Part shown: positions 55,043 through 64,000 of the stretch, piece by piece | Position numbering within the stretch: the stretch's first letter is position 1 | Layout: every line of letters begins with the position of its first letter | Assembly (NCBI GenBank): GCA_024653945.1 | Contig: JANLIT010000002.1 | Span: 11,940-75,939 of the forward strand | Origin: Candidatus Campbellbacteria bacterium | GTDB lineage: Bacteria > Patescibacteriota > Minisyncoccia > Phycocordibacterales > EsbW-18 | Direction of reading: 5' to 3' | DNA: 64,000 nucleotides | Notes under the pieces: generated by a model | The model's input: the letters and a program-made list of their open reading frames with translations, nothing else | What the model was told of the DNA's origin: nothing | Databases searched by the model: none | Program-made: the position numbers and the translations under genes

Positions 55043-58000
55043 TTATCTTTCTTCAACATCTGGATCATCAAGCTCTGAATTGTCGAGTGGGTCTGCACAT
55101 CCTGGATCTACTGGGCCACCCGCTCCATCAAAATCCTTTAGCCCATCGCCATCATTATCAAATGTGTCATTACACTGTGCAATAGGGAGATCTCGCTCAT
55201 CGTTGTCTTCAGTAGTTGTACATCCGGGGTCAGCTGGGTAATCAATGAGGCCGTCGGGTGTACTTTCATTGTCCTCACCGTCACGACACTGTGGAATAGG
55301 TGCATCATATTCAGTCGGATCACATAATGCTCCGATACATGATGTTGGACACAGTGCCGGATTGTCACTTTGGCACGAACCACATCCCGGGTCATTATCA
55401 TCTGGAGTTAAAAGATTTCCATCTGCACCTGCAAAATCAATAAATGCATCCCCGTCATCGTTGTTTATCTCATCAAAACATTCCGCGTAGTGCACATCGA
55501 CAGTGACCGAGTCAGAGATTTCAAGACCGTTATCAATATTGGTGCAGGTAAGTGTAAACACTGTATTGTCGGCCATAATCACACCGCTTGCCTCGCTACC
55601 GTCATCCGTTTTTGCACCAATCCAGTTTGGTACACCTCCAGTGCCTTCGCAGTTTTGTACATTTGTCGTCTCCCACGTAAGGTTTACTGGGACACCGATG
55701 AGAACATCAACTGGAACGGAAACATTATTCACATACAAATTTACGGTGCCCGAGGATGCATCTGGTGTGTAGGTAAGATTGAAGGTAATTGAACCACCTA
55801 AAGATGAAATTGTTTGTGAATGAGTTGGTAACACAAGATTTTTTGCACTCCTCACCACAAGAGTATATCCGGGTTTGTCTGCTGAAATTGTATAGTCATA
55901 CCCTCCTAGAATATCTCCGTATGATATAGGACCGATTATTTGGCCTGGTTCGTGTATCAAAACGGGACCAGTGATGTCCCACGCTGTTGGTATGTTTGAC
56001 CTTACGATAATATTTCCAACCACATCCACAGAACATTGAGCAGTTAATGAGTTGCTTGTAACGGTCACGGTTTTTGGTGTTCCTTCGGTTATGTATGTTG
56101 TTACACAAGAAGAACCAAATGAATTACATGCGGTTCCGCCACCCACACCACCATTGCTGGTATCCCATGTGTATGTTCCGTTACCTCCGCCTGCAGTGAG
56201 AGTGACGGGAACTTCAACACCTATGGGTTGGGTTGCGGGTGAACATGTTGGACCCACGTTCACCGTCACACTTGCGGGTGCACTCGTTCCTCCTGGGCCA
56301 GAACAGGTAATTGTAAATGTTGTTGCGCTGGTAAGTGCTATTGATGTGTCTGAACCCGCTGGTGTGTTGGCAGGAATAACAAAACCTGACGTTCCTCCAG
56401 CGGTCACCGAACACGATGTTGCATTTGTTGAACTCCAGTTAAGTGTTGCGGTGGTGTTATAAGTAATAGGATTTGCTGTCGCGGTGAGTGTTGCTGTTGG
56501 TGTGATATTCACAAGAACACTATCCGTTGCGCTTCCCCCTGCGTTTGCACAGGTGATTGTGTATGTCCGTACGGTCGCGCCGTTTGCAATACTTGTCTGC
56601 GCATACGTACCATTGGGAGAGTATGTTTTTGAACCAGTCCACCCCGTAACCGCCGGTGATGCTGATGCCGTACATGACGTTGCATTTCCAGAAACTATCC
56701 ATTGCAAATCAACGTTTGCTCCTCCGGCAGGAAGTGACAATGGACCTTCACCATATGAACTACCGCCTGACTGTTTTCCTTGAAGATTAACGGTTGGTGC
56801 TGGGAGTGCAGTAATCGTCAGATTAAATGTATCCGAACGAACAGTTGCTCCTGATGTACCAGTAACGGTAATGGGGTAGGTACCTGCAGTAGCAGTTCCA
56901 CTATTAATCGTCAATATAGGCGCGGGCGTACACGTCAGGTTTGGTGTACAAGGTGTTGAAGAATATGAAGCAGATGCACCACTTGGAATTCCTGATGACG
57001 TGAGCGCAACAGAGGCTGCAGTTCCTGCTGTTTTTGTAACGGTGATTGTGTTGGTGACCGATAGTCCTTGCACGACACTTTTATCGCCTGCGTCTGCCAC
57101 CGTGAAGTTGAAGGCTGGTGCAGTCACGATAACTCGGCAGGATTCAGATTCATTAGTCCAAGGAGTGGGGAGCTCTGACCAAGGTTCATTTGAGCCTTTT
57201 CTTACCCTAACATCATAGGTCCCTTGAGTTGAAAACGTACGGGTACATGATTGGGTAGAACACGCCGTTGTTCCACCGTCCATATCCCATTGGTATGTTG
57301 TGCCGATACCCCCAGAGGCCGTAAGTGTGACACTGCTTCCAGCTGTGATTGATGAAGAAAGTGGTGAACAGGATGCAATACATCGAGGTACGGAACCCGT
57401 CTTTGCGGCGTACAAATAATCGGTATAATCAGGAGGATTTGGAGCTCCATCTGACACAAGGTCAATTTGATACGCACAGTTCACCGGAGAACCCGACGAG
57501 GGATATGGTACCGAGAAAGTGTGAGAGTAGCCCGCTCCTGTTCCTGATGTGTCCGGTAGCATTGTAAACGAAGTGATACTTTTCCGGATTTGTGTGGAAA
57601 GATAATCGGAAGCACCCCACGCCCTGAACACATACCAAGACACCAGACTCACAGGGAACGAACAACGGGGAGATGTGTTCTTCACCGTGATTGACGCCTG
57701 ACCAGTGGCTGGGTTGGTTGTTATCTTATCGCTATCGGGATAGGAAAAGGATTGGCCATCTACACCTTTAATATAGCTATCAGGATTACAGGCAATAGTT
57801 GTCGGCGTACACGTTTTGTCTCCACCAGACATAGTAACCGAACCACCCACACAGTTAGAGGAAGCTGTCCATCCGCCCCAATCTGTCCCATCCCCAAAAT
57901 AACCAGTTAAAGATACAACCGTGTTGGCATTATACGTTTCTGTACAATTTGTGTGGCCCGAAACATTACCACAATCAATACCGTTACCACCAGAAACTCC

Positions 58001-58696
58001 CACAGGCGCTGTAATGTACAAAGTGCCGTACCCTATTGAATTTGGATTAATGGTGAGTGTGTACTCGGTAACGGCGACGGGAGTAAATGTTGCAGTAACT
58101 GTACAATTGGCCATAATTGGCCCCGTGGTAAAGGTTGTTCCATTAAGTGTTCCTCCACAACCCGAGGCCGATGCGGTGTAATTAGCATTTGGAGTAACGG
58201 TGAAAGTTGTGCTACCACCGGAACTAACAGATCTCGAAGCTGGAGAAATAGTACCCTGTGCTCCAGATGTAGGTGACGTTCTTCCCAACACGGTGTACGA
58301 AGCGCCAGTAACGGTGACAGTAACATCGCGGGATAATGAGTATGAATCATTTTCGCATGTAATCGTAAATGTTGTTGTGGTTGTGAGTGCGGTTGATGCA
58401 TCAGAGCCGTCTACTGGTAATTGTGGTCCAAAACCAGGACCACTACCAGAACAAATATATGCGTGACTAGAGTTCCAAGTAAGTGTAGTGGTTTGACCAG
58501 AACCAACTGAGGTTGGACTTGCAGAGAACGACGTTATGGCAACAGGTTGATCACAGGGATACTCCTCTGGTGGACACTGTTCTATAGCAAGAACTGGCTG
58601 CGGACTGATGAGCGACCACGCGACAAAGAGCGCACACCCAACGAGCATGCCAGCTGAAATATTTTTTAAAAGACGTGTGTGTTTTAGAAAAAACAT
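55043..58696 (-). CDS. giant (1217 aa) secreted Thr/Ser/Gly-rich beta-sandwich repeat protein with three C-terminal Cys-bracketed Asp-rich DxDxDG-type (calcium-binding-like) repeats
   Basis: N-terminal signal/anchor MFFLKHTRLLKNISAGMLVGCALFVAWSLISP; C-terminal repeats such as QCNDTFDNDGDGLKDFDGAGGPVDPGCADPLDNSELDDPDVEER*. Confidence 0.8.
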   Translation of the reverse strand: MFFLKHTRLLKNISAGMLVGCALFVAWSLISPQPVLAIEQCPPEEYPCDQPVAITSFSASPTSVGSGQTTTLTWNSSHAYICSGSGPGFGPQLPVDGSDASTALTTTTTFTITCENDSYSLSRDVTVTVTGASYTVLGRTSPTSGAQGTISPASRSVSSGGSTTFTVTPNANYTASASGCGGTLNGTTFTTGPIMANCTVTATFTPVAVTEYTLTINPNSIGYGTLYITAPVGVSGGNGIDCGNVSGHTNCTETYNANTVVSLTGYFGDGTDWGGWTASSNCVGGSVTMSGGDKTCTPTTIACNPDSYIKGVDGQSFSYPDSDKITTNPATGQASITVKNTSPRCSFPVSLVSWYVFRAWGASDYLSTQIRKSITSFTMLPDTSGTGAGYSHTFSVPYPSSGSPVNCAYQIDLVSDGAPNPPDYTDYLYAAKTGSVPRCIASCSPLSSSITAGSSVTLTASGGIGTTYQWDMDGGTTACSTQSCTRTFSTQGTYDVRVRKGSNEPWSELPTPWTNESESCRVIVTAPAFNFTVADAGDKSVVQGLSVTNTITVTKTAGTAASVALTSSGIPSGASASYSSTPCTPNLTCTPAPILTINSGTATAGTYPITVTGTSGATVRSDTFNLTITALPAPTVNLQGKQSGGSSYGEGPLSLPAGGANVDLQWIVSGNATSCTASASPAVTGWTGSKTYSPNGTYAQTSIANGATVRTYTITCANAGGSATDSVLVNITPTATLTATANPITYNTTATLNWSSTNATSCSVTAGGTSGFVIPANTPAGSDTSIALTSATTFTITCSGPGGTSAPASVTVNVGPTCSPATQPIGVEVPVTLTAGGGNGTYTWDTSNGGVGGGTACNSFGSSCVTTYITEGTPKTVTVTSNSLTAQCSVDVVGNIIVRSNIPTAWDITGPVLIHEPGQIIGPISYGDILGGYDYTISADKPGYTLVVRSAKNLVLPTHSQTISSLGGSITFNLTYTPDASSGTVNLYVNNVSVPVDVLIGVPVNLTWETTNVQNCEGTGGVPNWIGAKTDDGSEASGVIMADNTVFTLTCTNIDNGLEISDSVTVDVHYAECFDEINNDDGDAFIDFAGADGNLLTPDDNDPGCGSCQSDNPALCPTSCIGALCDPTEYDAPIPQCRDGEDNESTPDGLIDYPADPGCTTTEDNDERDLPIAQCNDTFDNDGDGLKDFDGAGGPVDPGCADPLDNSELDDPDVEER

Positions 58697-58842
58697 AATA
58701 TAAAATAGTTTGTTGTTGAGAACAGCAATCGTTCTCAGTGTACTGTTAGTATAGTACCGCTGTATACAACTAATACCAATTGCGAGTGTTAATAAAAAGC
58801 CCCGCCTAGCACACTGTGCGTAGGCGGGGCTTTTCTTTCTAT

Positions 58843-58923
58843 TTTTTGTTATTTGCTATTTGCTATTTGAATTGCTTCCTACTTCCTACAAGCTACAAGC
58901 TACAAGCTACAAGCTACAAGCTA
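58843..58923. repeat. tandem heptanucleotide repeats: (tatttgc)~3, (cttccta)2, (caagcta)5, in the spacer between the two giant genes
   Basis: read directly. Confidence 0.7.
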
Positions 58924-58924
58924 C

Positions 58925-61369
58925 TTATATCTCTTCAATTGTTGGGTCGTCTAACTCCGATGGGTCCAATTCACTTGCACATCCTGGGTCGGCTTCTTTA
59001 TTGGGAGGGGTAACTTCCCAGTAATCAATCTTTCCATCACCATCATCATCAAGTCCGTTGTTACATTGTGTTACTGGTTTAATTGGCGCCGGTTTACAGC
59101 GTGGATCTGTCGGGTCAACATCACACTGCGGAGGTTTTTGATCACTTTCACTATCATCTTCCCCGCTCGTGCACCCTGGGTCGTCATCTCTTGTGCCGCG
59201 AATTCCATCTTTACCAAGATAATCAACAAAAGTATCGCCATCATTGTCTAACATATCGGAACACTGCGGTGGGCGCGTTCCAATTTGTACTGAATCCGAA
59301 AGAGTACCGCTCGTTGCGGCCACAGTTACAGCTGCAGTTGGAACTACGACTTTGGTACACGTAATGGTGAACATGAGCAAGTCATCAGAAGTAATTGGAT
59401 TACTTGGCAACGTGCCATTATCAGGTTTAGTACCTGTCCAACCACCACTAGCAACACACGAACCCACACCCCTACTCGTCCAAGAAAGCGTTGCTGATTT
59501 GTTGTACAAAACTCTCACTGGTCCATCTGATAGCGGACCACCAACTTCACCTGCCTTAAGGTCAAGCTTGGGACCCGTATCATCGTCGTCGTCTCCAATT
59601 GGAGTATAGGTAATTGTAAAGGTGATGTCGGAACCTGTATCTGGGATACTTTGTGATGCCGTTGCTGGTTCAATAACTGGACCTGTAAAGTTTGGAAGTG
59701 TTGGAACGTTTGAAATGGTGTAATCGCCCGGTTTTTGGTTTGCATACGTTTCACTTTGTGATGGTGTGTCCTGTTCAAGCGGTGCACCACTGCTTCTTGT
59801 GATACTCCATGTTGTTGGTTGGTTTGATACAACCCGCACACTTCCTTTGACAACAACGTCACATGTTCTTGTGACACCCCCGCTAGTTAAGCTCACTGTT
59901 TTTGTGTTTGCGACTGCGTACGCTGGGGTACATGGTGAAACGTTTGCCTCACACGTAGGGCTCCCGCCCGTATTCCATGTGTATGGAATAGTTGCATTTT
60001 GTGCTTCGATAGATGCTGGAACAAGAACTCCTTTTTGTTGTGTTGCAGGAGAACATGCGAGTCCTACAGGCGGTACTGCAGAAACCGTTACAGCACAGGT
60101 AGCAGTTTCTATACCCCGCGTGACAACGACTGATTTTGCACCCGCAGTACCCCATTGTGTTGTAAATGTCGCCGTGTTTCCACCGGTTGCCGGCGTACCT
60201 CCTCCTGTCCAACTGTATGTTCCAGAACCATTTGTTGCTGTAAATTGTTGGTTCGTGTTGAGAGGAACTATTACTGGTGTCGGGGAACAGATAAGAGCTG
60301 TTGGGGGGGCGACGGGGACCGTTACCGAAACACTGTCACTGTCACTTCCTCCTGCATTTGAACAAATGATGGTGTATGTTCTGTTTGAAGTGCCGTTCAC
60401 AATACCTGCTTGCACATTTGTTGGAGAAACTCCTTTTGTTCCACTCCACCCAGCAACTGTCGGCGAAGCGGATGCAGTACACGTTGTTGGGTTGTTTGTT
60501 GTTATCCATTGAAGATCTATTGAACCACCCGTTGCTGGTAGTGAGATTGGTCCGTTCGTATAACCACCCGTATTTGCAATGCGACCCCTAAGGGCGACTG
60601 TCGGTGGTGGATTAGCAATATCATCGTTGGTAATCGTACACGTCTTATTCTGTTCTCCGGCGAGTGTTACAGAACCACTTGCAGTACAATCGCCTCCCCA
60701 CGTGCCGGCCGTATATCCAGGAAGATTGGTTTCAGACACGGTGTATGTTCCTGCGTGAAAGTAGTTGCTGGCACCACTTGTTACTGATGTGGTATTTACG
60801 CGCAAAGGAAAGGCCGAAACGAGTGCGGTTCCGCCACTGTTGTTAATAACAGTTTTAGTAACGGTAAGGTGTGGTCCACACAAAGGCAGAGGGTAGGACG
60901 CAAATTCATAGTCAAAAACCGTGTAGGCCGGCATTTGTGCAAAATCTGGGTTTGTTGTGGGTGCACTTGGACCTTCAAAGAAATCGGATTGATATTGACA
61001 CGTGGAAGGTTGTGACCTTGATATTGTTCTTGTTATACCAGGTCCAATTGAATTCGTGGCATCACTATAGAGCGTTTGTGTTGCAAGGAATGTCGTCCCC
61101 GAGCCCCCTTGCCACTCATCAAATACCTTGTATGTAGCCATGTGAATTGAATACGTACACTCTGTTGAGAAATTTTTTACTTCAATTGACGTGGGAAGAT
61201 TGCTGGTAACGCTAAATGGATTACCGTTTGGCTGACGGAGGTCTGCTCGTGGATTAGGAACGCATGTTGCATACGCGGGTGTTGGTGCAACAAAAAAAGC
61301 ACCGAAGACCGTGAGGGTGGCGAGGAGAAGTGTGGTGTTACTTATTTTAGATACAGTGTGTGTGGTCAT
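58925..61369 (-). CDS. giant (814 aa) secreted paralog with the same C-terminal Cys/Asp-rich repeat module and the same C-terminal ending
   Basis: signal peptide MTTHTVSKISNTTLLLATLTVFGAFFVAPTPAYA; internal domain ~45% identical to the neighbour's; C-terminus ..TQCNNGLDDDGDGKIDYWEV....DPGCASELDPSELDDPTIEEI*. Confidence 0.8.
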   Translation of the reverse strand: MTTHTVSKISNTTLLLATLTVFGAFFVAPTPAYATCVPNPRADLRQPNGNPFSVTSNLPTSIEVKNFSTECTYSIHMATYKVFDEWQGGSGTTFLATQTLYSDATNSIGPGITRTISRSQPSTCQYQSDFFEGPSAPTTNPDFAQMPAYTVFDYEFASYPLPLCGPHLTVTKTVINNSGGTALVSAFPLRVNTTSVTSGASNYFHAGTYTVSETNLPGYTAGTWGGDCTASGSVTLAGEQNKTCTITNDDIANPPPTVALRGRIANTGGYTNGPISLPATGGSIDLQWITTNNPTTCTASASPTVAGWSGTKGVSPTNVQAGIVNGTSNRTYTIICSNAGGSDSDSVSVTVPVAPPTALICSPTPVIVPLNTNQQFTATNGSGTYSWTGGGTPATGGNTATFTTQWGTAGAKSVVVTRGIETATCAVTVSAVPPVGLACSPATQQKGVLVPASIEAQNATIPYTWNTGGSPTCEANVSPCTPAYAVANTKTVSLTSGGVTRTCDVVVKGSVRVVSNQPTTWSITRSSGAPLEQDTPSQSETYANQKPGDYTISNVPTLPNFTGPVIEPATASQSIPDTGSDITFTITYTPIGDDDDDTGPKLDLKAGEVGGPLSDGPVRVLYNKSATLSWTSRGVGSCVASGGWTGTKPDNGTLPSNPITSDDLLMFTITCTKVVVPTAAVTVAATSGTLSDSVQIGTRPPQCSDMLDNDGDTFVDYLGKDGIRGTRDDDPGCTSGEDDSESDQKPPQCDVDPTDPRCKPAPIKPVTQCNNGLDDDGDGKIDYWEVTPPNKEADPGCASELDPSELDDPTIEEI

Positions 61370-61449
61370 AGGAATAAGTGATAAGGCGGAGGAGTTTGGC
61401 TCCTCTGGAGGAGCTAAACTCCTCCGACTTATAGTGGTAATAGTATTTA

Positions 61450-62043
61450 TTATTGTCGAGCAACGTACGCAATGTGCACCTTCACACCCGTAGCACCACT
61501 GGAAAGCGTTATATTTACATCATTTCCGTCCTTTGTGGCATAGAAATTAGTCACAGGATTCTCTGTAGGTGTTGCCTCTTTCACAATCGTCCACCCTTGT
61601 GTGGTCAAAAGATTCTTGAAAAGAGCGATGTTTTCCTCGAGTGTCTTTGCCGACACATATTCAACTGTTGGAAGCTGTTCGTTACGGTTTGTGTACGTAA
61701 GTTTTGCACTAGTACCAATAGTGACACCTTCTTCAGGTAGAAGTTCCTGCGGAAAACCTGCAATAATCTGTCCTTGTTCGGCAACTTCAGACGTGTAATC
61801 CTTTTCTTCTTCTACAGGAGCTACTGGTTGTTTGTTCAGAAGAGCAAAGAGTCCCCACCCAATGAGAATAATAAGCAAAATAATCAGAAACACACGAAGT
61901 GGTTTCATGTGGTGTCCTTGTGTCGGCATTCCGCCAGAAACTTCCTGACTAAGTGGTGTTGTGCGCATGTCTTCCATATATAAAAGGTTAGTAGAATAAA
62001 TGTTGTATGTAGTACTACAAATAATACACCTTATATAGTACAC
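61450..62043 (-). CDS. membrane-anchored hypothetical protein (true start probably an internal Met near 61910-61980)
   Basis: single TM LRVFLIILLIILIGWGLFALL followed by a ~130-aa soluble domain. Confidence 0.45.
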   Translation of the reverse strand: MYYIRCIICSTTYNIYSTNLLYMEDMRTTPLSQEVSGGMPTQGHHMKPLRVFLIILLIILIGWGLFALLNKQPVAPVEEEKDYTSEVAEQGQIIAGFPQELLPEEGVTIGTSAKLTYTNRNEQLPTVEYVSAKTLEENIALFKNLLTTQGWTIVKEATPTENPVTNFYATKDGNDVNITLSSGATGVKVHIAYVARQ

Positions 62044-62089
62044 GCCACGGGTGGTCTACCATATCGCATCTGTGGATATACAGATGTCA

Positions 62090-62118
62090 TTGACTTTTGC
62101 CACAATGGGGAGTATGCT
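62090..62118 (+). promoter_or_regulatory. sigma70-type promoter TTGACT-17-TATGCT for nusA; leader contains terminator-like hairpin gtcgcgccagaatggtcgcgattttt (~62150-62178)
   Basis: read directly. Confidence 0.45.
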
Positions 62119-62295
62119 CCATGGTGTTAGTGCAGAGAGGAATGTCGCGCCAGAATGGTCGCGATTTTTGTTTAAAGTATTGGGTTAGGTGTTGGCAATT
62201 AGTTTTGGTTTAGTTTTTTATTCTTAATACATACTACTTTCTACATACCACTTTCTACTTACTACATTCTACTTACTACTTAACCCTATCCACAT

Positions 62296-63621
62296 ATGCC
62301 ATTTGATATCAAAGCACTTACCACAGTCCTCGGAGAACTTGAGGAAGAGCGGGGTGTTACAAAAGAAAAAGTTATGGAGGCAATTGAATTTGCTCTCGCT
62401 ACTGCGTACAAAAAAGAGTACGGCAAGCGTGACCAGGTTGTGCGTGCACGATTTGACATCAACACTGGTACGACAGAGTTTGAACAAATCAAAACAATTG
62501 TTGATGATTCGACTGTTCGCTTCAAAGAAGACGCGGATGACGAAATTTTAGAAGAAACGGATGCATCACAAACAAAAAAAATTCTTGTTGCAACAGGCGA
62601 TGCTCCACGTGCTACAGATGTTGTTGAGGATGAAATAAAACTTCCCCTTTTCAACACTGAAAAGCACATGTTGCTTGAAGATGCGAAGAAAATTAAAAAA
62701 GATGCAAAAGTTGGTGATGAGATTGTATTCCCTCTTGAAATGCATGACGACTTCGGACGCATCGCCGCACAAACTGCAAAGCAGGTTATCATTCAAAAAA
62801 TTCGCGAGGCAGAAAAAGAGCACCTCTCACATGAATATGGTGAACGTGAAGGAGAAATTCTGTCCGGAACGGTGCAACGCGTTGAGCGCGGAAACGTGTT
62901 TGTAGACCTTGGACGCGCCGTTGGAATCTTGCCCTACGATGAACAAATTCCTGGTGAACGATTCCGTGCGGGCGAACGTATTCGCGCATATCTTTTTAAA
63001 GTTGAGGAAACACCTCGTGGCGTCTTTTTGCGCATGTCACGTTCACACCCACAATTTCTCGTTCGTCTTTTTGAAAACGAATCACCAGAAGTTGCACAAG
63101 GTGTTGTTGAAATAAAAGCAATCGCACGCGAGCCGGGAAGTCGTTCAAAGGTTGCGGTGTTCTCAAACGATGAACACATTGATCCTGTTGGTTCGCTTGT
63201 TGGACAACGCGGTGTTCGTGTTTCAACTGTCATGTCTGAACTCGCTGGAGAAAAAATTGATGTTATTGAGTGGTCCGAAACCGCCGAGCACTTTATTGAA
63301 GATGCACTCTCTCCGGCAAAAGTGTTGTCTGTTGAAATTGTTGACGAAGAAACACATAGCGCAGTTGTTCGCGTAACCGAAGACCAGCAATCACTTGCCA
63401 TCGGACGCGGAGGACAAAACGTTCGTCTCGCAGCAAAATTGACAGGATGGCGCATTGATATCCGCTCCGCCGGCACAGAAGAAGGTGCCGAAGATGGTGA
63501 AACGGAAGGAGCGTCTGAAATTTCAAAAGAGGCAGACCAACCATCCGAAACCGAAGTTTCAAAGGATGAAACAACTACACCCGAAAAAGAAACTGGCACT
63601 CCTGAAAAAGGGGACAAATAA
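62296..63621 (+). CDS. nusA: transcription termination/antitermination factor NusA with acidic C-terminal tail
   Basis: N-terminal domain, S1, two KH (..IGRGGQNVRLA..). Confidence 0.9.
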   Translation: MPFDIKALTTVLGELEEERGVTKEKVMEAIEFALATAYKKEYGKRDQVVRARFDINTGTTEFEQIKTIVDDSTVRFKEDADDEILEETDASQTKKILVATGDAPRATDVVEDEIKLPLFNTEKHMLLEDAKKIKKDAKVGDEIVFPLEMHDDFGRIAAQTAKQVIIQKIREAEKEHLSHEYGEREGEILSGTVQRVERGNVFVDLGRAVGILPYDEQIPGERFRAGERIRAYLFKVEETPRGVFLRMSRSHPQFLVRLFENESPEVAQGVVEIKAIAREPGSRSKVAVFSNDEHIDPVGSLVGQRGVRVSTVMSELAGEKIDVIEWSETAEHFIEDALSPAKVLSVEIVDEETHSAVVRVTEDQQSLAIGRGGQNVRLAAKLTGWRIDIRSAGTEEGAEDGETEGASEISKEADQPSETEVSKDETTTPEKETGTPEKGDK

Positions 63622-63939
63622 AGGGTATTTTGGCGGAGATAAAATAAAAATAAAATCTAGATAAAGTGTTTCATGGCAGTTGTGAAACGAGTTTGGACGC
63701 CAACCGCGTAACGTACCGACCTCTTTTGCACATACACAGTTGACGACCTGCTCTGGGTTGTACATTATTGTAGCCACTATCTATTAATTACTAATTACTA
63801 CACAATTATACGTCGCGCCCTGTGTCACGTCTTAAGTCACGTTTTAGTTGACGTTAACGTGACATGATTCCGCGGAATCAGGTACGTGACATGATTTCGT
63901 AAAATCAACAGTTGCGCGACGCGATTTTGTGAAATCGTA

Positions 63940-64000
63940 TGAAAAAATTTCTTATAGGAACACTCGCGGTTGTATTGTTAGCAAGTCCATTTGCCCTTCT
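63940..64000 (+). CDS. 5' end of a gene encoding a signal-peptide protein (MKKFLIGTLAVVLLASPFAL...), truncated by the window edge
   Basis: ATG plus hydrophobic signal-like N-terminus. Confidence 0.3.

Noticed and set aside
58843-58923. Heptamer tandem repeats considered as a CRISPR array
   Set aside because: Repeat units are 7 nt with no spacers, and there are no cas genes. They are simple tandem repeats.

Overview
This is an AT-rich (~40% GC) bacterial segment with features typical of Candidate Phyla Radiation-type genomes. There is no L30 gene between rpsE and rplO, native genes have G-depleted leaders without a Shine-Dalgarno (SD) sequence, several r-proteins carry terminal extensions, and intergenic spacing is unusually large. 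Annotated content, in order: tmRNA (ssrA) + smpB; two receiver-domain-only genes; infC-rpmI-rplT; a candidate RiPP-like locus (radical-SAM/SPASM enzyme, an immediately downstream GC-rich 40-aa Cys peptide, P-loop NTPase, HExxH protein, ABC exporter); an ABC-F ATPase frameshifted in an A7 tract; a sensor histidine kinase whose 3' end is directly repeated twice downstream, delimiting single-gene cassettes; a SET-domain protein; an ATP-grasp protein; an M16 peptidase module flanked by ~90-bp direct repeats; a LOG-like protein; an RNase J-like metallo-beta-lactamase/beta-CASP protein; ndk; a VirD4/TrwB-like coupling ATPase next to a 1139-aa membrane protein; map-adk; secY and the S10-spc ribosomal superoperon (rplC to rplO); rpsJ; tuf; rplJ-rplL; two tandem giant secreted proteins with shared Cys/Asp-rich calcium-binding-like C-terminal repeats; nusA. 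The ribosomal superoperon is interrupted at four places by GC-rich (55-60%) cassettes whose genes have classical SDs and their own promoters and terminators. Eight r-protein genes are each preceded by a ~130-bp conserved leader repeat rich in TTCGAA/TCGAAA. Several other dispersed repeat families (palindromic terminator elements, a ~100-nt element, a perfect 20-bp GC palindrome) sit at gene ends and cassette borders. Coordinates I derived by hand may be off by 1-2 nt.
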